The notes beneath the pieces were generated by a model. It had not been told where the DNA came from and did not search any database. It worked only from the letters and a program-made list of their open reading frames with translations. Source: the human T2T-CHM13v2.0 reference genome, Homo sapiens. Taken from it: 64,000 nucleotides of DNA. Position numbers and translations under genes: made by a program. The DNA lies in assembly GCF_009914755.1 (NCBI RefSeq), contig NC_060944.1. One strand, given 5' to 3'. Positions 1 to 13,735 of this stretch are shown here, piece by piece (position 1 is the first letter of the stretch; each line of letters starts with the position of its first letter).

Positions 1-1850
1 GCTTTTCCTTTGCAGAATCTGTGCCCCACCTATGGGGAGGATCACTCAGAATAAGGGCTTTCTAAAAGCTGCTTTCATATTCTATGTTATTGCCTGCCTT
101 CCCTGATAGAAGAAAATTAAATTGGCCTGGTCTAATAAACTCTTTCTCAATATCTTCTGTTCTCTTAAGTGGCTACAAATTGATTGTTCCAGCCTGCTGC
201 AAGGACTAATATTGAATTAACTTCAATTAATAGAAAATGTTTTCTATCTTAAATAATTTGATCTGCTCCATGATTTTTTGGCAACAATCTTTTTTCAAAA
301 AAGAAAGTTGGGGGGGTTATACAAAAGAGCTGTCAATGCCTTCTAGGGGTTGGGTTCCATGCCATTCAACCTGGATTATGAGATTGTTGCCTTTATTTCT
401 TTAATTCTCTGCCCATTCTAGTTTGACATTGTCATCCCAATGTCAACTTGTTGAATCTGATAATAAAGATGAAAGTAACAAAAATGATGAAGCCCACATT
501 TCCAATGGCTTGTTGGGAAGAATGAGTTACAAATGAGCACAGCTCCTTCCTCCTCATCCTCATTTTGACCTTCAAGATAATTGGAAAGAGTTGCTTTATG
601 CGCTTTGTGACTGGTGCCCTGAGGTGTTCTCTACGTCTCTACCCAGCTCATGGTTACTGCCCTGGCTGGAGGCTGATGCCATGCCCGCTTTGTTAACTGA
701 GTTTCCCATCTCCAAGTTGTGATGGCAGTTGACACCCAGAGTGTCCTGCAAGTGTCTGCTTCAGTCTGCAGAGGGCTGCTGCCTCTAAAGGAAAGGCCGC
801 TCTGAGACGACCATACTCAAAGCAGTTGTCCTTCAGGAGTTTGAGAAGAAAGAGCTATGAACCATGTCCTCGGCTTCCTACTTCTATGAAATATAGGTGT
901 ACTCATTTGGTTTCGGCAACATGTCATCAGCCATGTGTGTCATGAAAAGGACACCAAATTCGGAGCTGGGGCTGAGTTCTCGAGCCAATTCTGCAGCAAA
1001 TGGAGCAAGCCTAGGAAAATTACTTATGTTCTCTGTGACTCAGTTTCCCTGTATAATCAAAGGATTACACTAGGCTTCCCCCCATGCCCCCACAAGGTGG
1101 GAAATGATTTTAGATGGTATATAGACCAGGACTTCAGTAGATTAAATCCTGCCGTGTATTCTCTCTGTATTCTCTTTCAAGTCCTAACTGATGAGTAAAC
1201 CTCAGTGGGGTGCTAGTGTGCCTTTGACTGCTTCTGACCCCTAATAATCTTCCTTAGTGAAAGGGCAGGACCATGCCCAGGGCTTGGGCGCCAACAGTGT
1301 CCAGATGGGATTTGCAAACACCATTTGTTGTTAATGCACTTATTTTTCGGGGTGATGGCAAGGAGTGTTGATCCCCTACTTCTGGTTGTGATGTGAAGTT
1401 TCCTTTGAAAATAAATTATTTTAAGGAAACAAAAAAAAATCAATTAAAAGAAAAAATTGAGCCCATAGAAGTCCAAGCACTTGCATAAAAACTGAAGATG
1501 CACAGACATGCAGAAATCTTACAGAGACTAATATTTGGAAGAACCTGCTGAGCTCCTACATCCCCTTGCAGATCTAAGATTCTACAATGGGCCTTGCTTT
1601 ACAAAGCAGGTTAGTCACACTTCCCTGTCACTCTGATGTTGTACAGAAATTGCAGGAAGAAGGGAATTACCTGAGGCTGTTCTTTTCCACACATGCCCAC
1701 CCTGATCTACCAACACCTCCTTCCACTAACACTGGCCAAAGGCCAAACCAGTACAGAGGGAAGTTTACCCACAGGGACTCCAGGTCCCAGGACAACCCAG
1801 TCCTGATTACACCATCCCAGGAACAAGGTGGATACTGCGTGCAGCCTTAA

Positions 1851-1854
<4 letters not shown>

Positions 1855-1890
<36 letters not shown>
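1855..1890 (+). repeat. (TG)18 microsatellite
   Basis: Pure TG run directly upstream of the branch point and polypyrimidine tract of the 26-nt exon. Confidence 0.97.
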
Positions 1891-1892
<2 letters not shown>

Positions 1893-1922
1893 TAATCTTC
1901 TATTCTTTTTATTTTTTCACAG

Positions 1923-1948
1923 TTTATTTATGATGAAAAAGTTTCCTG
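1923..1948 (+). CDS. SLC24A3: SLC24A3 26-nt coding exon (probable exon 8), FIYDEKVS(W)
   Basis: ttttcacag|TTTATTTATGATGAAAAAGTTTCCTG|gtaagt; phase 0/2, joins the next exon as TG+G = Trp. Confidence 0.92.
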
Positions 1949-2283
1949 GTAAGTACCTCTCTTTCCCCTTCTCATTTCTGAATGTTATGTTGCAGAGCCA
2001 AATATATTGAAGACCAGTGTTGGGATTCAAGAAAGAAAGGGAAGTGTCATGACAGCTTAGAATGAGGAGAATTTCCTAGGAACCCTCTGCACACCTCAGG
2101 GGAGAAATTAAATTCATTTTCACAGAGTCAAGACCTTTCCTCTTGGGCTAGAGTGGTGGGGTTCTATTTGAGATCCTAATATCTAAATGTCTTTATTATC
2201 CTATGTCTGGACATCATGGCTTAGCTGTGTCTTTCTACAGTCAGCCATGTGCTAGGGTAGAGTTAAGATTTGACTGATTTTTG

Positions 2284-2582
2284 GGCCGGGCACAGTGGCT
2301 CATGCCTGTAATCCCAGCACTTTGAGAGGCCGAGGCGGGTGGATCACGAGGTCAGGAGATCGAGACCATCCTGGCTAATACGGTGAAACCTCGTCTCTAC
2401 TAAAAATACAAAAAATTAGCCGGGCATGGTGGTAGGCACCTGTAGTCCCAGCTACTCAAGAGGCTGAGGCAGGAGAATGGCATGAACCTAGGAGGTGGAG
2501 CTTGCAGTGAGCCAAGATCACACCACTGCACTCCAGCCTGGGCGACACAGTGAGACTCCATCCCCCACCCCCCAAAAAAAAA
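2284..2582 (+). mobile_element. Alu (AluY-like)
   Basis: GGCCGGGCACAGTGGCTCA..., GGATCACGAGGTCAGGAGATCGAGACCATCCTGGCTAA, A-tail. Confidence 0.93.
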
Positions 2583-2708
2583 ATTGTGTCCAAACCAAGC
2601 TCCATGTTCCCAATCCCACGTTTATCTTAGGAATTAGGACCCAGGCACTTCTGTGACCATTAATCCATTAAAGTTCCCCCTGACTTTCAAAAGATCTTAG
2701 AGCTCTGA

Positions 2709-2844
<136 letters not shown>

Positions 2845-5278
2845 ACAGAAACTGTTGCCCAAATTAAATATATGGCAAGACATTTGCATTTGGTCCAACT
2901 GTTCAAATCCTCGTTTTCGAGATGGGTTCTGAGCAAATCAAGCATGTTTGAAATGGAAATGGAAATCGAGTGTATTGTGCATTCTCGTTACATATTTTCC
3001 GAATATTTGATCTACAGAGGTAAGCAATGTGAAATAACATATTAGGAATAGGCGTAGGTAGAAAATCTCCCTGGTATTATTGAAAGCTGTGAATGAGCCA
3101 GAAAAAGTAGAGTCCACCAGGCTTCACTTTCAGCAAAATGACTGCTAACTCTTTGTTGGTGTGGGCCTCTCTGTATCTGAGGACATCTCTGACTTTCAGA
3201 ATTAGGGGGCAGTGGAGAACCCATCACATTGATGATAAATGTTACTTGCTATGTCAAGGTATTAAGATACTTTTGCTAACTCTCCTCTTTGCAAGAAGAA
3301 AGAGGAGGAGACAGCTAGGAGAAAATGAGAAGGAGGTCTTCTTTGAATCATAGTGACCAATAGGCTGAAAGGAATTGACATGCCCAGGAGCACCCCAGAT
3401 CAGAGAACCTCCTTGTTATATCATCCTGGAGGTGGCTGCCAAATGGAGTGAGGGGCATTTTTCCCCCCTGTCCTTGGGGATAAAGTGCAGCACAAGAAAA
3501 CTTCCAGAAGCTGATGGCGTAGTTAGCACAACCACTGCTCCGCCTTAGCAAACAGTAGGTGCTTCAACGTTGCTCAGTGGTGCTAGTCTTTGCTAATGAC
3601 ACTCCCCAAAAGACAAACAAGTTGTGATCACAGTTGATCTCAGAAATGTGTGTGCAGCTGTTGTGCAGAAACATGTTAGGAAAGGCTACCCAGGATGGTT
3701 TGCTGTCAGCCTTAGAGGGAGCCGTCTTTTCTACCACCTCCATGGCATTGCTGTATGAAAGCCATGGCAAGTGAAGAAAGCAGGCTTCACCATCAGCCCA
3801 TTTCACTCCGTATCCTCAAAACATCTCGGGATAGTTCAGATGGTTTGGAGCAAGAAAAGGAGTGTCTATTTCATCTTCATTCCTAAGTTTTTCCCATGAT
3901 GTTAGGTAACCCCATCCTAGGGTAGGTGCCCGAGGCTGCAGCAGAAGGGTCTAGATTCTGGAAGGTACAAGTCATCAGAGCCCTCGCCCTGAGCACCGAG
4001 GCTCCCTCTCATCCAATTATGAGTAAGAGGCTTGGAGGGCCATGGATACATGAGTTGCAAATCCCCTCGTGTGTCTTGATCTATCTGGGGGGCATTGGAA
4101 TCATAAGTCATGCACAGTTGTGGCTTCCAGGGAAGAATTGGCCTGGGGGGGCCTTGGTGGCACCAGAACTACATTCTTCCCAGAGCACTGGCCTGTCGTG
4201 TAACTTGTTATTACACGCATGGGCTGATGAAGAGCATTTTGCACGTGAGTGAGGCTGAGAAATTAAAGTCTGTGCCACTGGCCCTTATCTACTTTGGGAC
4301 TCCCGGGGATTTCAACTTCTCATTTAATGGATGAAAAATAATGGAAGTTTAAGAATTTTTTACTGTTCACTTCTTCTATCTTCTTACCAAGCCAATCATG
4401 ACCATTTATTTTGCTGAAATGGTGCGTCTAGGTGCTGATTTCTCTCTTTAAAATCAGAGTCTTCAGTCTGTGCAATTAAAGCACAGTAACATTTTGAAAA
4501 TACCTTTAACAGAGAGTTCCATTCCTCATTATAGAACATTCCAGCATGGCCTAGAGATTTCAAGGCAGGTAACCAGTTCACCCCAAAAAATCTTCAAAAG
4601 GAAACAAATTTCAATTGTGTTTATTTCGAAACTACAGTACTCTTTAAGAGGAAGTGAGCTTTGTCAAATACAAATACACCAGGACAAAGTACCCCTGTCA
4701 TGCAGTTCAGATTCTTTCACCATTCCTGAAGCAGCATTCTGCAGGAAGTCACATTCAGTCAAAAAAATGGTGGTTGACAGTTAGTCAGGATTGATTTTAG
4801 TAGCAGGTACTAGAAGAACCAGCTACAGCGTATTGAATACATACTGGTGTATTTTTCTTACTATCAGTGCCCCGGATGTAGGTGGTGCTGTGGCTCTGCA
4901 TTTCCCCTGGCCTTTGCCTAATGGTCCCAAGATGGCTGCTGCAGCCCCAGCCACCAAGTTCATATTGAAGAAAGGAAGGAGGAAGAAGGGGCACTGTTGT
5001 TCTTTTTGGCACACTTCCACCTTGCATCTCTTTGGTCGCAGAAGGGTCTGCCTTGACCACTGAGCAGCCAGGGAGATTAGAATGACCACTTTAGACCAAT
5101 CATGATTCATGCTCAGGGCCTGGGGTCAGGCGCACCCTCTTTGAGATCAGAAGGGCTCCATTTGCTGCCTCAACCTAGTGGGTGGGGTTCTCTTAGCAGG
5201 GAAGAGGCAGGGGAATAGTGGTGAGTGCTCTTCGGTTAGGTGCCTATGTGCTAAAAGACACTTGACATAGGAAGCATC

Positions 5279-5695
<417 letters not shown>

Positions 5696-7499
5696 CTAAA
5701 GAACGCAGGGCGATGGTTTGGTTTCTTCTTTTGAGTCCGAAGTTGTGACTTTGGGAGAGAAAAGAGACCCTGGGATTGCAACCTGGAAACTCTTCTTGGT
5801 GGGGCTGGAAAACAGCTTTTGCTGTTCTGGGATGTGTTCAGGAAACCAGAGCCAACAGTGTACCCAGGTGAGGAGAGGAGCAGTCCTCACATCTGAGAAG
5901 GAACCGTCTTTGGTGAGAATCAGGGACCCGTTGAAAATGATTCAAAATGGAAGCCTGGGGAGGGAAGAAACAAACCCAGATCAGCTACAGAATGGGATCC
6001 TCAGAGGACAGCGGGTGAGGTGTGCTCAGGAGGAAAGGGGAGAAGGTGCCCAGCGTCCTAGGTGAAAGGGCGAGAAAGGGGACCAAGGAGGGCCGGGTGA
6101 CTTCCAAGGTCTGGATGCTTCCTAAGCACCTCCTCTACGCCAGGGAAACATGTCGTACAAAACCAGAGCTGGCCCGACCTGGAGCTCTCTCAGGCTGGAG
6201 GGATGCAGACCCTTCACATGTAACTGTGGGACCACATGGAGAGGCTCACCACACTGAGGAGAGGGGGTGGGGGGAAGGGCCCTGAAGAGCATTAGGCCAA
6301 GGCTTGATGATCCAAATTCAACCAGGTCAAAAATGCATGAGGAACAGCAGGTGGGGCGGCACAGAGGCCTCCTAGAGCCCACTGGGTTCAATGGGGAGGA
6401 AGCCTGGTGAGCCCTGTGTCTGAAAGCCAACAGAGCAAACTTGAAATGTCAACAAAAGCAAGGAATCTCATCCTACAGGCATCTCTGCAAAATGGCCAGA
6501 GAGAACCTGGTTTGAATATTGCAACAGAAGGGCTTTTGATGAGTAAAAAATTGAAAAGATCTAAAAGAATTAGAAAGAGCATACATACGCCTGTTTATAA
6601 AGTGCTGGACTTAATTCAATCTGACTACAATATTTCATTAAAGTTGATTCATTTTCTGGTGACTTCTCACTGAATCTATTAAAATGCATCTAAGCAATAA
6701 CGTGACATCCCTTCAGAACCTGGGAGCCTGTTCCTTCCAAATGAATGGGCTGTGAATAAATCTCACTTTTCACCATGAAGTGTATGCTACGTATACATTG
6801 GTGTCGATGAGATAAGAACTATGTTCAGGCCACTGGAGGCATTTTGCAACTGAAAATTGATGTTTGGAGGGAGTGTCACCTGCACAGATGAGCTGATGGC
6901 TGCTTTCTGCTGGGGAGAAGAGGCAAGTGGGCAAGACCTGGGGGTGTCTGCGTGGGGAGAAATCAGTTGTCGGCATTTTAAATCTCTGGATAATGAGACA
7001 CCAGATACCAGGGAAGGTGTCAGGTGTGAGGAGTGGTGTCAAGTGACTGCTAGAAACAGGTGTTAGTTACATAATAAATGAGTAATAAATATATAAACAA
7101 GATAATCACAGACTGCTTAGAGGTTTGAAGAACATAAACAGGGTCATGTGAGAGAAAGTCGGGCAGGGGCAGGCAGGGAAGATTGCTTGGAGGAGGTGAT
7201 ATTTAAAAGCTGGTATCTGCAGGATAAAAGTGGCCAGCCAAGGAGTGAAGGCAAAGCCATTCCTGGCCAAAAGAACATTCAGTGCAAAGGCTCTGGGAGA
7301 GGGAAAGAGACGGCTGTGTGCAAATGAAAGGCCATTGAGGTGGGGCACAGATAGGACACAAGACAACATGGAGACAGAAGAAAAGGCCAGGATTTGCAAG
7401 GAAAAAGGAAACTTTCATTTTTTTTCTTAGGCATTTTGGGAAGTAAAGATTTTAAGAAGTGCATTGACATGCTCCCATAGTATCAAGGAAACCAGTTCA

Positions 7500-8310
7500 G
7501 AGGTTGAAGTGAAAAATGACCTAGGGAGGGCACAGTAGAGAAGAAAGAAGTCAGTGATTGATGAAATACTTGAGACACAGAGTCCGATGGATATGGGAGT
7601 GAGGAAAAGGGAGTGCTCCATATTGATTTCCAGATTCTGGGCTTGACTGGGCAGGGAGTGGTACAGTTGACTGAAAGGACAAAGCCCAGGGTTGGTTTTT
7701 TTTTTGTTTTTTTGTTTTTTTGTTTTTTTGTTTTAAGGAGGCTAGGAAATAAGAATGAAGAATTCTGTTCTGATAGACATTTAGACTTCCAGGTGCAGAG
7801 GCCAAATATATGAATCTGGAGCTGGAGAGAGGTGTGGTGTGGATGTGTAAATTGGGGGTCATTATCATGTATTTGGTATTTATAGCAATAGGTCAGGATG
7901 AGGTCACCTAGGGAGAAAACATAGGCAATAAAGATGGCCCAATAATGAGAGGATGAACTGAAGGAGTGGAGGAGGCAAAGGAGATGGAGAAGGAGAAGCT
8001 GGGGGCAGGAAGGAAGCCAGGGGTGTGGCCTCTCGGCAGTCAGAAGAGAGGGTTTTATGAAGCGGGGCAGATGATCTCCTTTCAGATGCTACCAGGAAAT
8101 CGAACAGGATGATGGACAACCACCCACTCATGCTTGGACTGGTGTGGATAGAAATCACTGGTGCCCTTGACAGGTGATTCAGGAGATCGGGGGGTGTGGA
8201 AGTTAGGCTAGAGAAATTTGCCAACTGAATGAGAGGCACTGAAACGCAGTGCGCACAGCCCTTTAAGAAGTTTTGCCATGACAGAAGCTGAGAAATGTGG
8301 CAGAAATTGA
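7500..8310 (-). mobile_element. L2 (LINE-2) remnant
   Basis: Degenerate purine-rich L2 antisense motifs (e.g. gaatctggagctggagagagg, ttgggggtcattatcatgtatttggtattta); boundaries approximate. Confidence 0.55.
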
Positions 8311-8391
8311 AAGGGCTTGGATACCCTGATTTCCTCTCTCAATAGTGCATCTGAGCACTTTCTAGAATAAATACCTACATCTTTGCATAAT

Positions 8392-8695
8392 TTGTTTTGG
8401 AAGGGAGATGGAAGAAAGGGTTTTACTGTGTCGCCCAGGCTGTCGTGCAGTGGTGTAATCATAGCTCACTGTAGCCTCCATCTCCTGAGCTCAAGCAATC
8501 CTCCCGCCTCAGCCTCCCCATGTAGCCGAGACTCCAGGGGCACACCACCATACCTGGCTAATTTTTTAATTTTTTTCTGGAGACGGGGTCCTGTTATGTT
8601 GCTCAGGCTGTTCTGGAACTTGGGGACATAAGTGATCCTTTCCTCTCGGCCTCCCAAAATGCTGGGATTACAGGAGCGGGTCACTGTGCCCAGCC
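8392..8695 (-). mobile_element. Alu (AluJ-like), antisense
   Basis: Reverse Alu consensus; TGCATAAT on both flanks. Confidence 0.9.
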
Positions 8696-9659
8696 TGCAT
8701 AATCATTCTTAATGGATACATGAACCTACGTATCATTTATGTACCCAGTGCCCTATTTTATAACCACCTGGCTTCCTTCCAGCTTTTCACTTTTTTATAA
8801 ACACTGCCGCAGGAAAAACCCTTGTGTATGTATCCTTTTCACATTTGACCAAATATTTCTCTAGGATCAGCTTCTAGACATGGAATTTGAAAAGAGAAAA
8901 GGAAGGATGGGTATAACCTGGAGTTTCCTCATCTGACCATTCTCCAGTAACCTACCACTGAAGCCAAAATTACTCCCTCAATGAGCTGATTTGATTCTGT
9001 AGCTAAAGCGAAACCTGGAAAACAAGCTCCTGGTTTTTAGTTGGAAGCCACTAAGATAAAGAAAACAGAAGTATTCAGACTATTAGAAGCTCAAGGCACA
9101 TTCTAGCAGGTTTTTCTTTTCTTCCTTCCTGTGGAATGTTTTCCCACTTATTCCTTCTTACTCTTCGACTGGTACCTTCCCTGCCCAGGTTCCGTCTGTC
9201 TGTCTGCCTGCCTCTCTCCCCACTTCTACCCTTTATGCCTGGCTCCTATATATACAGCAATCCCTCAGGCATCCCCGGCAATTCCTCTAATTTTAGTTTC
9301 CCCTTGTAAATATGTCTGAATAGTTTCAGTGAATGATTAAGCTGAGACCAGATGTATACATATTGACCTATATTCAGCAACGTGTATGAAAGGCTTGCTG
9401 CTTTCAAAGAGCTCTTTTAGGTGACAAATAACAGAGAGGAAGGGGCATTTTCCCTTTAGGTGAGGAGAGAAGAGAAAGATGGTTGACAGCCTTATGCAGC
9501 ATAGAGAATGTCTCTAGACCAGGAAATATCCGTCACCTAGCACCGTCTGCCTTCTCCTTACTATCCTGGCCGTTTGCATCAAATATGTCTTTAAAAATGA
9601 GGCAGGTGAGTTTCACAGATGTCCATGACTGTCTTTAACTGTTCTTGGTTTACACACAG

Positions 9660-9713
9660 GTGGGAGTCTTTAGTCCTTGTGCTGATGTATCTTATCTACA
9701 TTGTCATCATGAA
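9660..9713 (+). CDS. SLC24A3: SLC24A3 exon (probable exon 9), (W)WESLVLVLMYLIYIVIM(K), transmembrane helix
   Basis: cacacag|GTGGGAG...ATCATGAA|gtaagt; 54 nt, phase 2/2. Confidence 0.94.
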
Positions 9714-10291
9714 GTAAGTAAAATTTTTCATTTCTTATCCAAAACTGTTTCTTGCATTCCACATTATGTGATGATGTGGGAAGAGGATTGGGGTGGGTAT
9801 CTGACTGGTTTTTCAGTGTGTATCATCACAGTCACTTGGCTCCCTGCCAGACTGTTGTGAGTCACTGTGATTTTGATTAGTATCAATTGTAGTGACCCTT
9901 CCAGCCCATATTTGATGATAGACTCAAAGCTTCAGTGTTTCACTTGAGAACTCTCTAGAACCCCTAATCTCTCTTCAGGATCTGGCAGCTCTGGGAGGTT
10001 TCTTCACTCTCTTTCTTAACACAAAGGAGATAAAACTCAATATGTTACACTGCTATAGAGGGTGAGAGAAGATGCAAGGTAGTCTACTCAATATGGCAGC
10101 CAACATGAGCCAGCCATCCGGTGGTCTGTGTAGACCCAGTCTCTAGGGCTTGCTTGTGAAGGGAATTCCTAGGGTAGGACCTTCATCAAACATATCCTGG
10201 CATGGAGTTATCATGAGGTAACTGATGAAGAGTTAGTTAAGAGACAGCTGAAATCATGGATCAAATATCTGTGGACTTCCATTATTTATAT

Positions 10292-10770
10292 GGTATTAGT
10301 CATCCACTGCTGCATAACAAACCATCCCAAAACTTAGTGGCTTAAAAGCACAAACATGTATTATCTCACACATTGTCTGAGAGTTAGGAACCCAGGAGCA
10401 GCTTAACTGCAAGGTTCTGGCTCAGAGTCTCTCATGAGTTTGCAGCCAGAGCTGCCATCATGTACTGGACTGGTGTGGGAGAACCTGCCTTCAAGCGATG
10501 CTGGCTCTTGACTGGCGGGCTGTTTCTCACCACATGGGCTCCTCCCTAGAGCTGCTTGAGTGGCTTCCTCCAGAGCAAGTGGTTCAAGACAGAGAGCAAG
10601 AAGGGCCCTGCAGCACCTTTTATAATATCCCAGAAGTCACACGCCATTACTTCTACCATATTCTGTTTATTAGAAGCGAGTCACTAAGTCCAGTCCACAC
10701 TCAAGGGGCTGGCATCACTTAGTGAAGGGAAAAATGTCAAAGAACTGTTGAGGTATTTTAAAACCACCAT
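10292..10770. mobile_element. MaLR LTR (MLT1-type)
   Basis: tattagtcatccactgctgcataacaaaccatcccaaaacttagtggcttaaaa... MLT1 terminus. Confidence 0.7.
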
Positions 10771-10774
10771 GTTA

Positions 10775-11128
<354 letters not shown>

Positions 11129-12899
11129 GAATTGTATGACCAATGTTTCCCATGCTGTAAGTTAAATGTAAGCACCATGGTGGTAAGCCTGCTGGTTCAT
11201 CTTTTTGCCAGGCACCACTGGGATGAGGAGGTTATAAAGAATGCAGAGATGTTCTGTGCTGCAACTGCCCAACCCCGTGGGAGCTGCTGCTTTTCCTCTA
11301 AATTAGCCCATGTTTCCCCAACATATGTAGCCGTAGGAGTGACTGCCTTCTCCAGGGGCAAGAAAGTAGAAATCCATCAACAATGGCCAGTTTGGACATA
11401 TCAGGAGGCAGTCTGGAACTGACACATTAAGGTTTCTTATTGTTGAGGCCTGACAAAAGTTAATTCTGGTGACCAGTGACTGAGACACTTGTTGAGAGAA
11501 ATCAACACGGACATTGGCAAATATCACAGGAGCAATGAAGGTAGAAGCTGGCTTGGCCAGTGCCCAGGGTGGGCTGTAGGCAATCTGCTGCCAGTCTACT
11601 CAATATGGGGGCCAACATTTGTGAGGGGAGCCATCCAATGGTTACTGTAGACCCCACATCTGGAGCTTAGTGGAGAAGGGCATTCCTAGAGTAGGACCTT
11701 AGTCATACATATCCTGGTACCATAAGGTAACTAATGAAGAAACCAGAAGTTACACACCGTAGAACTAATCATTTAAAAATACCAATAGATGAGCTGTCAT
11801 GAAAACCAGAGTTGATCCAAAGCCTTTCCAAACTTTCCAGCCCCCAAAGGAAAAGCCTTTAAAGATCAGAGTACCCATCTTATGCCTCTTTGTCTCAAAG
11901 AGCAAAACTATATAGCAAATCAGTGCCAAAGTGGGGAAGCCTCAAACTACTGTCTGTGTGTGTACTCACACATCTTCCTTTGCTGTTTTCTAGTGCATCG
12001 TTTCAATTTTTTAACATTTTGAGGCTCTAATTGAGCTCCCAAAAGTGGATTAGTTGATTATTCTGGAAGAATCGCCACACAGTGTCTGCTCTATGCCCAA
12101 CATTAATCTTGGGTCTTGAATCTTAATTTTCATGAAAGTATGTTTCAAAATGAATTCACTAAGGGCTTCAGAGAGTTAAGTATTCTTCAAAAACAGATGT
12201 GGCCAGAGAGAAGAAGACTTGAGGAATTTTGCTGGCATGCATCTTATAGCCACTGCTCCCCTTTTCCAAGCCACCTTGAAGCCCGTGAGTCGCTGGCAGG
12301 ACACGTGTACAGTAAGATAGTACAGCGAACACATCCTCTCCTCTTCCCCAAACCGTACCAAATGTGGAAGCTAATGAGGTGTGTTTCTGCTGATGCCTCA
12401 CTTTTACCAACATTCCAGCTGTTCAAACCAGCAGGATACAAATAAAACTGGGAATGGAAGCTACTGTGCTCATGAAATTTTCTGCATAAATTCTGGTCCT
12501 AAGTTCTAAATTGAAATCTCTGCTCTTTAGCCATCCCCCTCTGCAATCAGAGGCTTTAATCATTGGGTTTTATCAAATCTGATTTATAAAATTGCATGCT
12601 TCACAATAAAATAGCTTCAGGGTGCAAGCACAAAATTTAAAACATTCAATTAAAAATATAAAACAGCAACAGTAGTTAAGAAAAAAAACAGCATATATTA
12701 GAATCGTCAGCTGCCTCCTAGGTGGAGAGTTTTTAAATGACTTTAAACATTCTATCTGAAGGTCAAAAAGCAATTTCAGATTGTCCAGTTAGGTAGAAAC
12801 CTTCAAGGAGCATAAAGCATGCCTGGCCTTGGCAAGGATTGCTTTCTGTACATCCCAGGTCACTGCTCTAGGATTTGTTCCCCAGATGGGGTATGTGTG

Positions 12900-13165
12900 C
12901 TGGTGGTTAAGAACCAGTGCCTCACATTCAGCCCTGACAGCAGAGCCCCCTGCCACTGACAGTCATGGGACCTCAGCCAAGTTCTTCAGCCATCTTGAAT
13001 CTCAGTTTCCTCTTCTGCAAAACAAGATTAATAATAATTTCTACTATTATTATATATATTCCATGAGAACGGAATGTGACAGCTTAGTTAAGCTGTCAAG
13101 CTAAGTTAAGCTTAGTTTAACCTGGTATCCAGTTTTGAGAAAGCCCTCACTGTATAGTATTATTA
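12900..13165. mobile_element. MIR remnant
   Basis: gtggttaaga...tctcagtttcctcttctgcaaaa core. Confidence 0.55.
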
Positions 13166-13237
13166 TCCTGTTCTCTAAACCCTGATAAATGTATAATACA
13201 TGAGTTTGCTTTTGTACTTTAAAAGCAAAACCTAATC

Positions 13238-13368
13238 ACTGGGCACTGTAGTGCATGCCTGTGATCCCAGCTATTCAGAAAGCTGGAGCGAGAGGATTGC
13301 TTGAAGCCAGGAGTTTGAGACTAACCTCAGCAACATAGCAAGACCCCGTTCCAAAAAAAAAAAAAAAA
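13238..13368 (+). mobile_element. Alu monomer (FLAM-like)
   Basis: Single arm plus A-tail, flanked by AAAAGCAAA(A)CCT repeats. Confidence 0.75.
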
Positions 13369-13735
13369 GCAAACCTTTATGCAAGTCAGTATTTCTTTCA
13401 GGGAAATGGAGTCTAAGTCAAGATGACAGAAACACTGCCTCTTTCCCTGTCGCTCTACAGGGCAAGGCATCCTTGTCGAATCTAGAAAGTGTGGAGGCCT
13501 TTTCACTAACAGGAATTTTGAATATATACAGGAGTCTGCAGAATAGTACGATGAACCCCATGCATTCGTCACCACCCCCAGCAACCATCAACCCACAGTT
13601 GCCCCATCCACACCCTATTCACTTCCCTTTTCTCCTATAATTTTGAAGTCCCGGACATCATACTAGTTCATCCACAAAAATTCCAGTATACATCTGGACA
13701 TCTCTAGACACAGCTGGATACTCTTTTAGGATTCT

